From: Zancudomyces culisetae HAW-14-8
Lineage: Eukaryota; Fungi; Kickxellomycota
DNA: 64,000 nt
Direction of reading: 5' to 3'
NCBI GenBank assembly: GCA_052426225.1
Contig: JBNJNM010000011.1
Coordinates: 2,480,001-2,544,000 of the forward strand
In this document: piece after piece, positions 12,167 to 24,864 of the stretch
Numbering within the stretch: position 1 is the stretch's first letter
Layout of the letters: each line of letters begins with the position of its first letter
The notes under the pieces: generated by a model
Told to the model about the DNA's origin: nothing
Database searches by the model: none
The model's input: only the letters and a program-made list of their open reading frames with translations
Program-made: the position numbers and the translations under genes

Positions 12167-15100
12167 TCAGTGCTTTAAAGCATCAAAAATATCAACCAAG
12201 CTGTGAATATTGGTTATCCATTTAGATTTTAACAATCTACCCTCGTCAATACTCGCAAGATATTTTTTCTGGCAACACGCCAAATACATATCAGGACGGT
12301 TGATCAGTATCTGCTGAGTGGAAAAGTCCAAAGCGTATAGCTTGTTGGAAAGGTTTGCAAACTCCAAAAACAAACAGTTTGGCAACAACAATTCCTCCCT
12401 TTCGCCGTAGGTTTGTGACATCCGAGTGGAAAACATCGATACAGGTGATTTCTGGTAGGTGCTGGTGGTTCGATGAACATTTAGGTTTAGGCTAGGATCG
12501 CCCGAAAACTGTTGAGGAGACCTGTTGTAGTTGAAAAGAGATTGCGTTGAATAAAATGGACATGTACTTGTTGAATGAAATCCTGGGAGCAAAAAACTCC
12601 AAAGCTTTTGATTGTCGGTTGTTTGGTGGGAATTAAGCTCGGGATCGGGTGTGGATGAGTCCTGATAGTGTGACGAGCTATTGTTCAAATCTAGCATAAA
12701 ATCGTCAACCAACTCGACAAGACTAGGTCCATCTTGACCAGAAATGTCGTGGCTCGTTTCAGAAGAGAGGGAGCCATCAGTGATAAAATAGGATGGGGAG
12801 GATTTTCCAAAAAATGTCAACAGTCTGCAGTATATATCGATGGAGAGCAAATCAACATCATATACAAAGTAAGGATCGTTAAGCGGCAACTGTTCAAAGA
12901 CTTGAGGATTGAAATTGGATGGAATTTTGCGGATGTTTGCAAACAGGCGATGCAAAAACAACAATAAAAAGTATGTCTGCTTATAAAGCGACAGAAAATA
13001 GTTATCCAAGGACGAATGGGCAGAGGAACGCTTCCCTATATACAGCAGTCGCTTAATCCTAGCAAGCATGGATCTATGGCATATGTCAAGTTTGTGTTTA
13101 TCGATATTCAAAAACATAGGCCCACAGAAAAAGGTTGACTGAAAGTCGTCTATGGCGGCTGTGTTGGTTGATTGGTAGAATGGAACTAATTTGAAAAACG
13201 TGCAGCATGAATTCACAACGTACTTGTATTTTTTCACAATAAGTTTGTAGAGATACAGCCTTGCAATGTTACATATAATTTCCCTGTTTAGAAACACATT
13301 TTCGGTGACAATGACTTTTTTACATGCTGTGTGAAAGTCATCAACCCCAGAAATGAATGTTTGGCACCAAGAATAGTAATCAAGGCTAGTCGAATATGCC
13401 TTTGCAGAACTGTCGGATACGTTGTACATAATTTTTATGGCAAACAGCGCATACTTTTCGGCGTAATAGTAGAACTTTCCGGAAAACTCCATCTCGGTTT
13501 TGTAAAAGCTGGTAAGCCCGCGACCTCCACTCAGCTTTAAATGCACAATATTGGATATACTGTTCCTTGCCTTTACGAAATCTCTGAAAAAGTGGTAATA
13601 AATATATGCCTGTAAAAATACATATTTATGATGCGTTTTTTTCTTGTCGAAAACAGATATTTGTTCCAGCAAATGAAGTATGGTTGTGAATACTGATTTT
13701 TTTGAATATATCAGGTTACCCCGACACTGAGGACACAAACTATCTTGCTCTTTAGTCTTTGGGCTGGTTTTTGTAGTATAGTGGGAGAGTTTTTGTTTCT
13801 TCTTGGGACTGGCTGGTGAATCGTCGCCTTCATCGCTGCTGATAACATAAACCTCTTTGTTTGAATTTTTAACAGAATCGTGCTTGTATATTACACTGCC
13901 TCCCGCATTGGATTTTCCAGCCTCACCACGAAATGAGCCGGAAAATGAACGGGATCTGATATCGGGGCTGGTTTGAGACGAAATTGAAGCATCATCAACA
14001 TTATCCTCTATAATTTTGGGGAATCCCGGCAAGCTAGAGATATATTTTGCAGCACGACATGTACAGATAGCATCACACAATAACAATTTAGTTAAAGTTG
14101 CCAGGAATTTTACTAATGGTTCAATGCAAAGATCGGTAAACCCAGTCAGAATATTTCCAGTTCCTGACTCGGGCTTTCCTGGTAGTAATGGTTGCTTATA
14201 TCCCATATACAAGGCTTTGATAAACATCAGACAGGCTTCGGGCTTCATGTTCAGTTTAGAGAGCGTTTTGGCCAGTAGTAGCTCCAGCGATACTTGATTA
14301 AACAAAGGGACAGTTGAACTGTATAGCATCTGTTGTTTGGATTTAAGCACCAAGTTGTAGACTGATGAATACAATATGTTTGAAAACGATTTGTTGTCAT
14401 TAAACGGGAATGATGACATTCTATATAATAGCGATGCAGTAGAATAGTACAGTTCATAGGGGAACGAAATGGAAGCGGGCAAACAATTTTCTGTATTAAT
14501 AGCAGCGTCGCTCTCAAACAGCCTAATCGCCTGAGCAAAACACAATAGAGCTACCTTGTAGCTCCAGACAATATTGTATGAACGAACAGGGTACTCGTCA
14601 TCATCATCGTCATCACCATCGTCATCACCATTTCCATCCTCATTATTACTACTATTACCTTTACCTTTACCTTTACCTTTACCATCATCCTTATCTTTGT
14701 CTTTATCTTTACCGCTACGACAATTTGTAGTTGTTTCTGGATACATTTCAAGTGCCTTATTTTCAAAAGCGGATGTAGAAGTAGTTTTTTCAGCAGCAAT
14801 GGCAGCCGCACTAGTCGAATTAGAAGCCAAGGAACTTTGCTCAATGGATGAAGATGACAAGCTGAGATGTTGAGTAAAGGTCCTTGATTTCTCTGGTTCT
14901 TTACCTGTAACCATACTTGTACCTGTACCCGTACTTGTGCCAGACTTAAGATCTGCGTCTGTATTTGTATTTGTATTTGTGTCGTTGTTTTTGTCTGTGT
15001 CTCCATCCGAACTTGACTTTGTTTTTGGTTTTGGCAACATTTCGGAAACGCTATCTGCACCCGAAATAAGCAAATAATCTACTCGTTCCAAGACAGATTG

Positions 15101-18100
15101 CCCCAAGACATACCAGTTAGCCCAATGTTTGGGGTTGAAGTGCAGGTTTATATAACACATGTTGATGATGCTTGCAAACTCAAACGCAGAACGGAGAGGA
15201 TCGGAATACTTTTTGACACGGATCGCATCTCTCTGAATCGAAGCGTAAATAAAATAAATATTTGAATACATATCTGAAACGATACCATTTGTATCTGAGT
15301 TCATAAACACTGGTTTGGGTGTAGAAGAGTGAGTATCGGCGCTAAATTCCGATAAAATTTTTTGATAGTTGAATTTGTTCAGGTAATTCCGCACGGATGT
15401 TGCATTGAACAAGAGCGAATTGAGTGCACTGTTATTCATCCCCAAACTATTGGCTATAGCCACAGTCCCACTTTCCTCGCTCCTTCTTTCCAAATTACCA
15501 GAGCTGTTTGAAGCATGCAAAGTCAAGTTAACCAGTGTGAAAAGATCGTTGTTGGCCGTAAACTCGGCACACGACTCGTATACAAGTTCAATTAATCCCC
15601 TTCTTTGCTTCAGAATACCCGGTTTGTTGTTTCTAAACGACTCATATAGTTGGTTTTTCAAAAGTGCAAAAATCACTGATGTAGTCTGGATACTCATTTC
15701 GCTCCCTGTGTCCTCTCCATCCTCCCCCTCTCCATCCTCCCCCTCACCACCACGACCACAACAACCATCATCACTGTTGTTGTTGTATTGATAGTGTACT
15801 ACAATCTCCCACAATTCGTTCTGCAATTCTACTTCAACCGAAACATCGTAAACGCACAGTACACTCTGGATAAATAGACCAATTGCTTTCTGCATTACAT
15901 CTGGATCGCCTTGCTGCTGGTTAACAGTAGCAAACCGCGCTTTATCACGACAGTAATCTTTGTAATGTTTGGATATAAATTCACCACTTAAATCTACCAC
16001 TAAACCACCAAAACCCGATTTGTGTTCCAGATATACATCCATTTGGATTTTATCGCCACTCTCCGTATGTGCTGCGGTTTTAGCGTCGCTTTTTTCGTTG
16101 TTGAGTGATTTTTGACCATCCGTTTCCATCTTATCATCAGAAACCTGTGGCTGAGATATTTTTTCAGGATCTTGATATGTACACAGCCCAAATTTACCCA
16201 TGATATGGTGTAAACAATATAGTATTGTAAATACTGCATTTGTTTTTCCAATATCCATTTCAAAACGCTTGGTTTCCTTCTGAATTAGAAAAACTAAAAC
16301 ACTTGAAAGTTGAACAATCAGAGTGATGTACCTGTCGGGAACAACTTTTTTGATCATTTCTATCCAGTTTACCTCCCGATCCAAAATATCCTCAACACAA
16401 ATAGGCAGAAAATGAACCATCACTAGCAACATTTTACTGTACTCTCTGATCACCAGCTTGGTAATAACATCAACGAGATAGTTCACATACTGCTTACCAT
16501 CCGCGTCCTTGGTCTCGTCACTGCTAAATACACCCGAATCTTTTATAAAATCGACCAGAGTGCCTCCTGAGCCATCCATTTTATTCCCCATAAACCCTGG
16601 TACCTTTTTGATGAGCATGTACAACTTTGATAACGTTTGAATTACTCTGGCTATCAGTTGACCCAATTGATGGGCAGTATTCTGTAGGTATAGTTTGTGT
16701 ATTAATTTGGCTAAATCAACAATAAGCACCAAAACAGCCGCCTTCACATTTCCAACGCTGTAATACGATGTATACAACAACTCACACAAGTAGCTGTCAT
16801 CTACTTCACCCCCAGTACTTTTACCAGAATTCTCGTCACCTGTATGTGCTTCTTGTTGCGATAATGGTATTATTTCATGTAGCTTGGATATTGATCGTTT
16901 GAAAATCGGTCCAATCAACTCAATGACCATACCATATTCGCCGGTAGAAAAATAACCACTACATTTGGAAATTTTCTCGACATATTCAATTGCGGATATT
17001 TTGCCTGTAAAAAACTCGACCAATGTTGCTTTATTGATCGATTTTTTTGGTACTACAGCTACACACCCATCTTGACATGTTTCCACACCTCCCATTAATA
17101 AATATCGGTAATAGTAGTTGTAAAGAGTCTCAAATAGCCCATATGTTTCATCCATGGGTTTTTTCTTGAGCTTGTTGTATTTTAAAATTATCTTATTGAC
17201 GCCTGCAATGTTTTGTGACATTGCAATACACGTCTTGAGAGCGCTTTTAGAAGACACTGTTTCATTCAGGCAAACCCCAATCCGATATTTATTGTAATTT
17301 AGTATTAGTATCAGCAATGGTTCTAAATCCAATATTGTCCGCAGATTCGAATTTTTGTTCATTCTCTCTTTGATTTTGAGTCTAGCTAATTCTTCTACTA
17401 TCAAATCACCCCACCTGTTGAATAAATCTACAACCTTCAAGTCGACTCTATTATCGCAGTTTTGTTCCAATTGCGTTTCAACATAGCTTGAAATAAGATC
17501 TAATGAATATAGCGATAGTTCAATACCTTTCACGTCTGAATCGACTCTTTTCCCGTTTTGTATCTTATGCGAGTGAAAGCGCGTTTTGCTATAGTCAATA
17601 AACACCTGCCCACCCATAATTATCAATCTTGCCAACAAATAGTACAACTTTGCGTCCTTGTGAATTAAAGCATGTCGCTGTTTAAAATGCATTACTTCCT
17701 GGATGAACAAAAATACAAACCCGTATATTCCGCCGTTTCTACTCCCTATGACTTTTTCGAGAGTATCTACAAACTCTAATGTTGAGTTGCTAAACACACA
17801 ACTGTTTTGCACCTTATCACCCATACCTTTTTGTTTTCTGCGCGATCTGGTGCTATCATTATTGGTGTATGTAGACAAAATCTGCCTCAGATTCGTTACG
17901 CTTGTATTTATAACTTCACACTTGTCTATCGACTCCCGTTCAAACACATCACTTTGCAACAATTCGCCAAAGATCGGCCACATTTTGTGTTTCAACAACA
18001 TGCTATATGGGTCGTTTTCTTTATTCGCCGCCGCAATTGCATTTTCATTTTCCTTCCTTGTTCTCACAATACCAGTGCGCTCAGTTGGCCTAGTACCACA

Positions 18101-20220
18101 ATAATCCTCCAAATAAAACATCAACTTGGTCAACTTTTCATCCTCTTGATTACGCAGCTCATCCTCCACATTTTTGCGAGGAAACTCTAACGTTGCATTC
18201 AACCCACCTGTTGTGTTGTTCAAAAATTCTCCTGCTTTAAGACCCAACTCGTTACTGCTACCGTTATCCGTACTCGAAGTCTTGCTCATGTTGCGTACTC
18301 TTGTCGATCTTCGTGTTACAACTTGTGCTGCCTCTTCAGTCTGTTCCCCATTTTCGGCCCCCTCTTTCTCTGTATCATCTGCGCATGTGGTGTCTGATAA
18401 CTCTTTTCCGGGATTCTCGGTGTTCTCATTATTCTCGATAGCTTTTTCTGTTTCAACCGCATCTGTCGGTGACGAATCACCAATAGTATTTTTCTCGGTG
18501 TTAGCATCCACGTTTTCCTCAGCACCCTGGTTTTGAGTAATCAATTTAGAATCCATCTCCATATCAGCCAATTCAGTCACATTCGGACTGAGACTGGAGC
18601 CATCCGCTCCTTTGTCTTCTTTCAGCAATATTTTTGCTCCTAAAATGTTCAGGTTACTTTTCAATTTCTCTTGGTTTGTCTCTATCAAAATGCTTTGAAA
18701 CCTTTGAACAACCTTTTCTGCAATTTTTTCAACGCCCTCACCCGAATTAAATACGATTTCCACGGGTTTCACAGCTGTGTTGTTGCGAATTTCTACATCA
18801 GTTGACCTTTTGTTCATTTTGACTCCAATTCCCTCATATAATTTTTTCTTAAAGTCATGAACAATATCCCCAGTTTCGTGGAATGCTGGTTTGTATGATT
18901 GTTTGAAATACTGTATCTCGGCTTTTGTTTTCCTCAAGCTCTCGTGGTTTTTAGCATTAATAAAGTCCTGTACAAGTGGGTCAAAAACCAAAAAGTCAGA
19001 CTGTATAGATTGTCCAATATTTAATATCCGCCCAGCTGTCTCGGTATCTTGCTGCAAAATTGCTGTGTAAAACAATCCTTCCAGACCCCACCACCCATAT
19101 GGATCCAGATTCTTATCTTTTAAATTCAAAGTAAAGGCACTAGTGTCACTATTTCTTTCGAAGAGACCTCGGTTCGGTGCTAAATAGCTACCAATTATCG
19201 GATTATTCTGAAACTGTTTGCTATCACTCACATCTACATTCTCAACTAGATAATCCCAACCCTGGAAGCAAAGGCTTGAGTTAAACACACATTCTTCAAA
19301 TGCTTTTGCACAACGCTCATATTTACCTAACGATATGCATACACCTCCAAGTATATAAAGCGACTTTACATCTTTTTTGTTAAGAACGGTTGCGTATCTA
19401 TACTTTTTTTCTGCATCCACCAACTGTTTTTTGACTTCGCTTAAGGTACTTTTGTTCATTGCAGAGTCCTGCTTATCTACCATAGAATCTAGCATTACGT
19501 GAATCCGTACCCATTCCCTCACCGAAAGAGCTTCATTAATATCATTTGTTGAAAATAGCTCCTTTTGGGACTCTTCTTCTAGATCTCTCAATAGTTCTCT
19601 CGTTCTATATATTCTAGCAGCCCCAAGTGTTTTTAAAACCAGCCATTTGAGTTTGTTTATGGCTTTAATCTCATCAAGAGTGACAATTATCCTTTCGTTT
19701 TCATTTATTGATTCATTCTCTTTTTCATTATCAGATACCTCCTTCATTTCGTCTTCCTCGCTTTCCAGTATATATTTCTAGTTATAATGTATAATAAATA
19801 TGATAAACATATTTTTATTCTCTCAAAACTAAATTAAGTTTCAATATAGTACTTATTCGTATCTGATTGAAATACCTCTGTTGACAATACATCTGAATCG
19901 AGTATTTCGGCAAGAATACTGATTGCTTCTTGATATTTCTTTTCTTTCAAAATAAAGAGTATCTCGTGATACTTTTCAAACAGCCCGTCAATCTATATTT
20001 GCAATAAAATACTTGCTATACTTTATGTTCCTCTGGCGCTTTGATTTCGATTGCTATATCCTTGCCTTAATTTTCAGTGACTTACCTTTTCTTCTAGTAT
20101 TTCCTCTTCTTCCTCTCCAGCATCTCCTTCTGCACCCACTACCCCTTGGCCCTCCTCCTCTTCGTATTCTGGATAATTAATCGGTATGAACGGAAATTCT
20201 TCGTACTCCATAATGGTCAT
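12167..20220 (-). CDS. HIR3: Histone transcription regulator 3 (Hir3/CABIN1 family, TPR-like), about 2600 aa
   Basis: Two small 5' exons (FPFIPINYPE...EEK / IDGLFEKYHEIL) plus the 2526-aa ORF. Hir3-like motifs: NPKHWANWYVLGQ, EPLVKFLATLTKL, DKKKTHHKYVF, FYKTEMEFSGKFYYY. Confidence 0.8.
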
Positions 20221-21589
20221 TGTTCTACAAATCTGCAGTTCCCATTTATTTTGCAAATTGAAAAGTATTTTTCGGTATATCTGCTATTCTTTGTTTTATT
20301 AATGCCTGAATGAGAACACAAAATGAGTTTTTGTAATAAATTGCTGTTACTAGTTCAATTGATTTTAAATAATGATCAGCATATTCTCTCTTAAACTCAT
20401 GCGCACAAAAACATTTGGAATTGTTTATTTATTTACCCGCTAATTATTTATTTTTCATTTATTTTTTCGTATATTTTCGTATAATTCTTTTTCAAATTCA
20501 AATTAATTTAGCTCAGATTTCCCCCTCCCCCAACCTTCTCATCATTTAAACCAAAACGCGAAACTGTATGAAAATATAAAACGATAGAACAATATGCATA
20601 TGAGCCAGCGTGCTTACAAACTCAGCATGCAAATCTAGATGAACTATAATACCATCACCACTTTAAGCAATACTGCCCTAGTTCAACTGTCAGATCACAC
20701 TCAGCAATCACCTCAATGATCACCATTCACCGTTTTTGTATATTTCTTCTTTAATAATAAGTGCTTGTAGCAAAATGTGAGGCTGCACATCCCCTTTATA
20801 ACTTCATATACCACCGACCCGCACAAATTTTCTAAACAAATAGAAAACCCGAGCTGGTAGACAGCATCAACTTTAGGTTCTCAAACAGCCTCCCTTGGAT
20901 AAAAACCCAAACAGACAAAAAACTCGAAAGAAAAAGAAACGACGAGTGAACGTCACTTCCTCTCCTCACCAGCTTCCATCTGTTTGGAATTTTCGGATTT
21001 TTTATAGCAATGGTGTAATATTACGGAATCGGCAAACCACAAAAGATCTCTCCAATGGAAAGATCCCAAAAATTTCCGATGCAGAGTATTGCATTAATGA
21101 ATGATAAAGAAATCCAGTGACCAATGATCACTGTCCCATATACTACTGGTTAATTTGTAGCACAAGAGTTATGGGGACAATTTGTTGTTATTGGTAAATC
21201 GATGCTTTTTTTTTTGATTAAATTGGAAAATAGCATCAGAAAGTCGCAGAAACTAGGGATCTGTTATTAGCACCACAACACACAGGTAACTTGATATACA
21301 TACTATCTTTTGTCCTAAAAGACTCAAAAAGCAACACTAAACTCCCATGCAATGATAACACATTAAAAATCCGTTATATATATATATATATATATTATTA
21401 TTAATTTTTCGTTAATCTAACTTTGTATATTTCGCTCTTGAAAAAAGTGTATTGAAAAATATGTATTCTATAAGATAATATGATCCTGTACAACCAATAG
21501 TTCATGATCAATAAAAAGCAACAGGCCGGATACACGGTGCGTAGACAAAAGAAGTAAGTCTAAGCCAGCACGCACCAGAAGAGTGGGAG

Positions 21590-23067
21590 TTATAAGGGCT
21601 TTGCATAGTCTGTCAGAATTTCTCGAACATATTCATACACAGTGAGATTTAGCGCGTGTAGCGGAAATGCCCTTATCAAAGTTACACTAATCCCTCGGTA
21701 CACTCCCCGAAAACCATAACGATCAAGGTTATACTTGAAGCACTTGATAGGTGACATGTATTTATGCGGATAGGCTAATGAATCCTTTTGAACTATAGAC
21801 TTGACCAAATCAATGGGAAAGATGATTAGCCAGGCAACCACACCGCAAAATCCTCCAGCTATCATATGTATTAATGGATCTGCGTTATTGCTGCCTAATC
21901 GGGTCCGCTTAAGCGTTTCCTTGAATAGCTCATAGGTACTAAAATAGATTCCAGTGCCAAAAAAATCGCGAACTATTTGAAAAAAAACAGGTATATAAGT
22001 TAGGATAGTATTCGAGATAATAATGATGTCAATTTTTACTACTTACCAACATGGATTCCTAAACCAGTGTATAGCCCAAAAACCCCCCTTGTTTGTACAA
22101 TTTTTTTAATAGAAGCAAAATTAGACATTTTCCCATTTTTGGAAAAATACATTTTTTCAACTCTAGAGTTCACAGCTTGTAGATTATTTAAAGCTGCCAG
22201 CCTGGCTTGGTATACTTTGGGATCCAATAGACCCTTTTTCGCTACCTCGGCCTTGAGCTTCTCTATTTTTGACAACTGTTCTTTATGAATTAAGCTGGCC
22301 AGTTGCATTTGGATTTTTATCAGCTCTAATGGGGCTGCAAACACGGCAACGAATGAACCAGATATACCACCAGATATGACTGAATTAAAGAATATTGATT
22401 TTAGACTCTTTTGTTTGCTATCATTCACCATTCCCGCCTCGGTTTTACTTTCGGGATACATTAATTTATTAACTTTATTTTTCGAGTATTCGTATATTGA
22501 GAATGATGTTGATTTAGTTAGAGAAATCGTCAATAGAGGCGGTAGTATTCCTATTTACCGTAAAAGAATATCCATCTTTCTTGGTTAAATCAACATTTAA
22601 ACAAGAAGTATACAAAAATGGCAAAAAGAAAAGTAATATAATCTCATTGTTAATCACTGACCTCGGTAAAGCCCAAAGAAACCTTCCTCTGCGATTGTCA
22701 CTTTTGCACATTTAAAGATAGATTTATAATTATATGTTTGCATTCTCGTCTTTAGCGAGTCGAACGGGTACCCGGCTACGACCCCACATACTGCTGCAGA
22801 GGAGCCGGCAAGGAATATTCTGTTTGCTATTTTTTGTTTATCTTGTAATTAGCTATCAAGATTGATATCAGCAATAAGCCTATCCCTCTATTCTCCTTAT
22901 TTCAACATTTCCCTATCAAGCCTGCTAGTAGAAAAAATAATAGAGTATAACAAAAGCATAATAACAGAAAAATTACCATAAACTACTTTCTTAAACCTCT
23001 TTTCAAATTCGAAGCTCTGATTGTCCTTAGACATTTCGTCTGAACCTACTTTAGAATCGTCCGCCAT
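21590..23067 (-). CDS. Mitochondrial carrier (SLC25; carnitine/amino-acid carrier-like), 4 exons
   Basis: Three carrier signatures: YPFDSLKTRMQ, APLELIKIQMQ, FPIDLVKSIVQ. Also GLYRG/GLYTG/GVYRG, RDFFGTGIYFSTYE and RAFP. Confidence 0.92.
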
Positions 23068-24864
23068 TTATCCTATCCATTCTATCTGGGAAAGGTATAT
23101 TAACGCGCTAAAAAGTCGATACGATTCCTGTAAATCCACAAGTTCCTCGTTGGTTCTGTTACAAACAGGTGATATTCATATTATATTTTTATTTGTGTCT
23201 TTTATTTTTATCTGAATTGTTTCATCGTTTATTTGTTCCTGCTTTTTTTTTTCCCATTTAATGTTTGATACAATTTTGCAAAATTGCCAATCAATCATTT
23301 GACATATGACAGGGAAATAAAAGAATACCAAAAAAGTGTTATTGTGAAATATTTGTTTATCACTCTAATCTGATTCACTACCAAGATAGATATATGAAAT
23401 TTGTATAGTCAAGGAGGACTCGCCTTTAAGATCCATTGACGCTCTTTTCTCAATATGTAAGGGCTATAACCAATATGGATCACGACTATCGCTCATACTT
23501 TTCAAAACAAGTGTGCAAAATGCTACTATTCAAGCCTAGAGGCAACGAAAAACATATGATACTCACCATTACCAAACATACACCTATAATTGCAATCAAA
23601 TAGGCATTAGGGTTAGAAAACTTTAAATATCATACTTTGCATGCTATTATACAGCTACAAAAATTCTTATCCTTTTTATATCTTTGGCACACATGTTGCG
23701 TTTTGTATGTAATGGTGCTGTTTATCTATTATAAAAAAATTGCGGTTAATATATATTTGATTTTTCAGGCGCGCAAATATAACAAGAAAGATTAATGATG
23801 ATGAATGATTTTGCAATCATCTGTACATTAATTGATTTTCATTAGATACTTTAACTAAGAAAACATATTTTATGCATGACTATAGTCAGTGGTATATGTG
23901 GATATGATAGTGTACACAAATGGTGACAACCCAGCTAGTTATTATCACTAACATATGACATTGATGATGGTTTTAATAATGCTCACTCTAAAATCACCAA
24001 TTTTTGCCTTGATGTAATTTTTAATTTTATTATTAAAAAACATACACATAACACCATTAACAACAACAAAAATGGGCAGTGATAACCTTCAGAACGTCCA
24101 AGAATATATCAAGTATCAGTCAATATAAAAGATATTATATACGAGCCATTTACAGCATACGCATAGAGAGATTAATCTCCAGGATCTGTTGTCTGTGTCT
24201 AGTTTATTACGTTTAACCAACATTTGTTTAAACTGGAAATACAACAGATGGGTCTGCTGACAATTGAACAACAAAAGAACCGAGTATAAACCGCAACAAA
24301 CAAGAGTGTTACAGTTGGGTTCGGGCTTTCTCTTCAAGTGTCACTTGCATCATAAATCAAAAAAGTTAGTCTTTAACGTGCCACAGTCAGGTTTTTTCAG
24401 GTATAATTATATTACACCCTCTAATAGTACTATTGAGGTATTGCCTGTGTCAAGAACGCTAAAAATAGGTTGCTAAACGGCTAGAATGGACAGCTTAGTT
24501 GCAAAAAATGTTTTCTGGCCTTTATTCAAGTTGTTTTCTTTTTTTTAAATTTTTTTTGTTTTTTTTAGGAGTTTAATGGCGAATGGTTGCTGGGTTTTTT
24601 TTATAGCATCATTTTTTTATCTTTGGGGAAATCAGACAATAATGATTTTTTGCGAATCAACTAGCTTCTCTGCTATTCAATTTGGATTTTTCTCATAATT
24701 ACGATGATAAAAAGTGGGTCATCAAACTGTAAATCAGGAAAATGCACAAAAATGTTATTGTGTAATATCAGAAAAATTAAGGAAAAAAATTTTTTTTTAA
24801 TAGCCTTTAGATTAAATATAAGATTTATACAAGGGCATAAAACACAAACAGTATTTTTATGTAG

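Noticed and set aside
20570-21150. Moderately GC-rich intergenic stretches (also 1980-2300, 24070-24480, 47300-47520, 48630-48870) as possible TE or gene relics
   Set aside because: No recognisable domain, terminal repeat or consistent reading frame by eye; BLASTX/RepeatModeler would be needed.
22660-22860. Apparent frameshift or stop in mitochondrial carrier exon 2
   Set aside because: Resolved by using the AAG acceptor near 22842; the exon then reads cleanly to EEGFFGLYRG.
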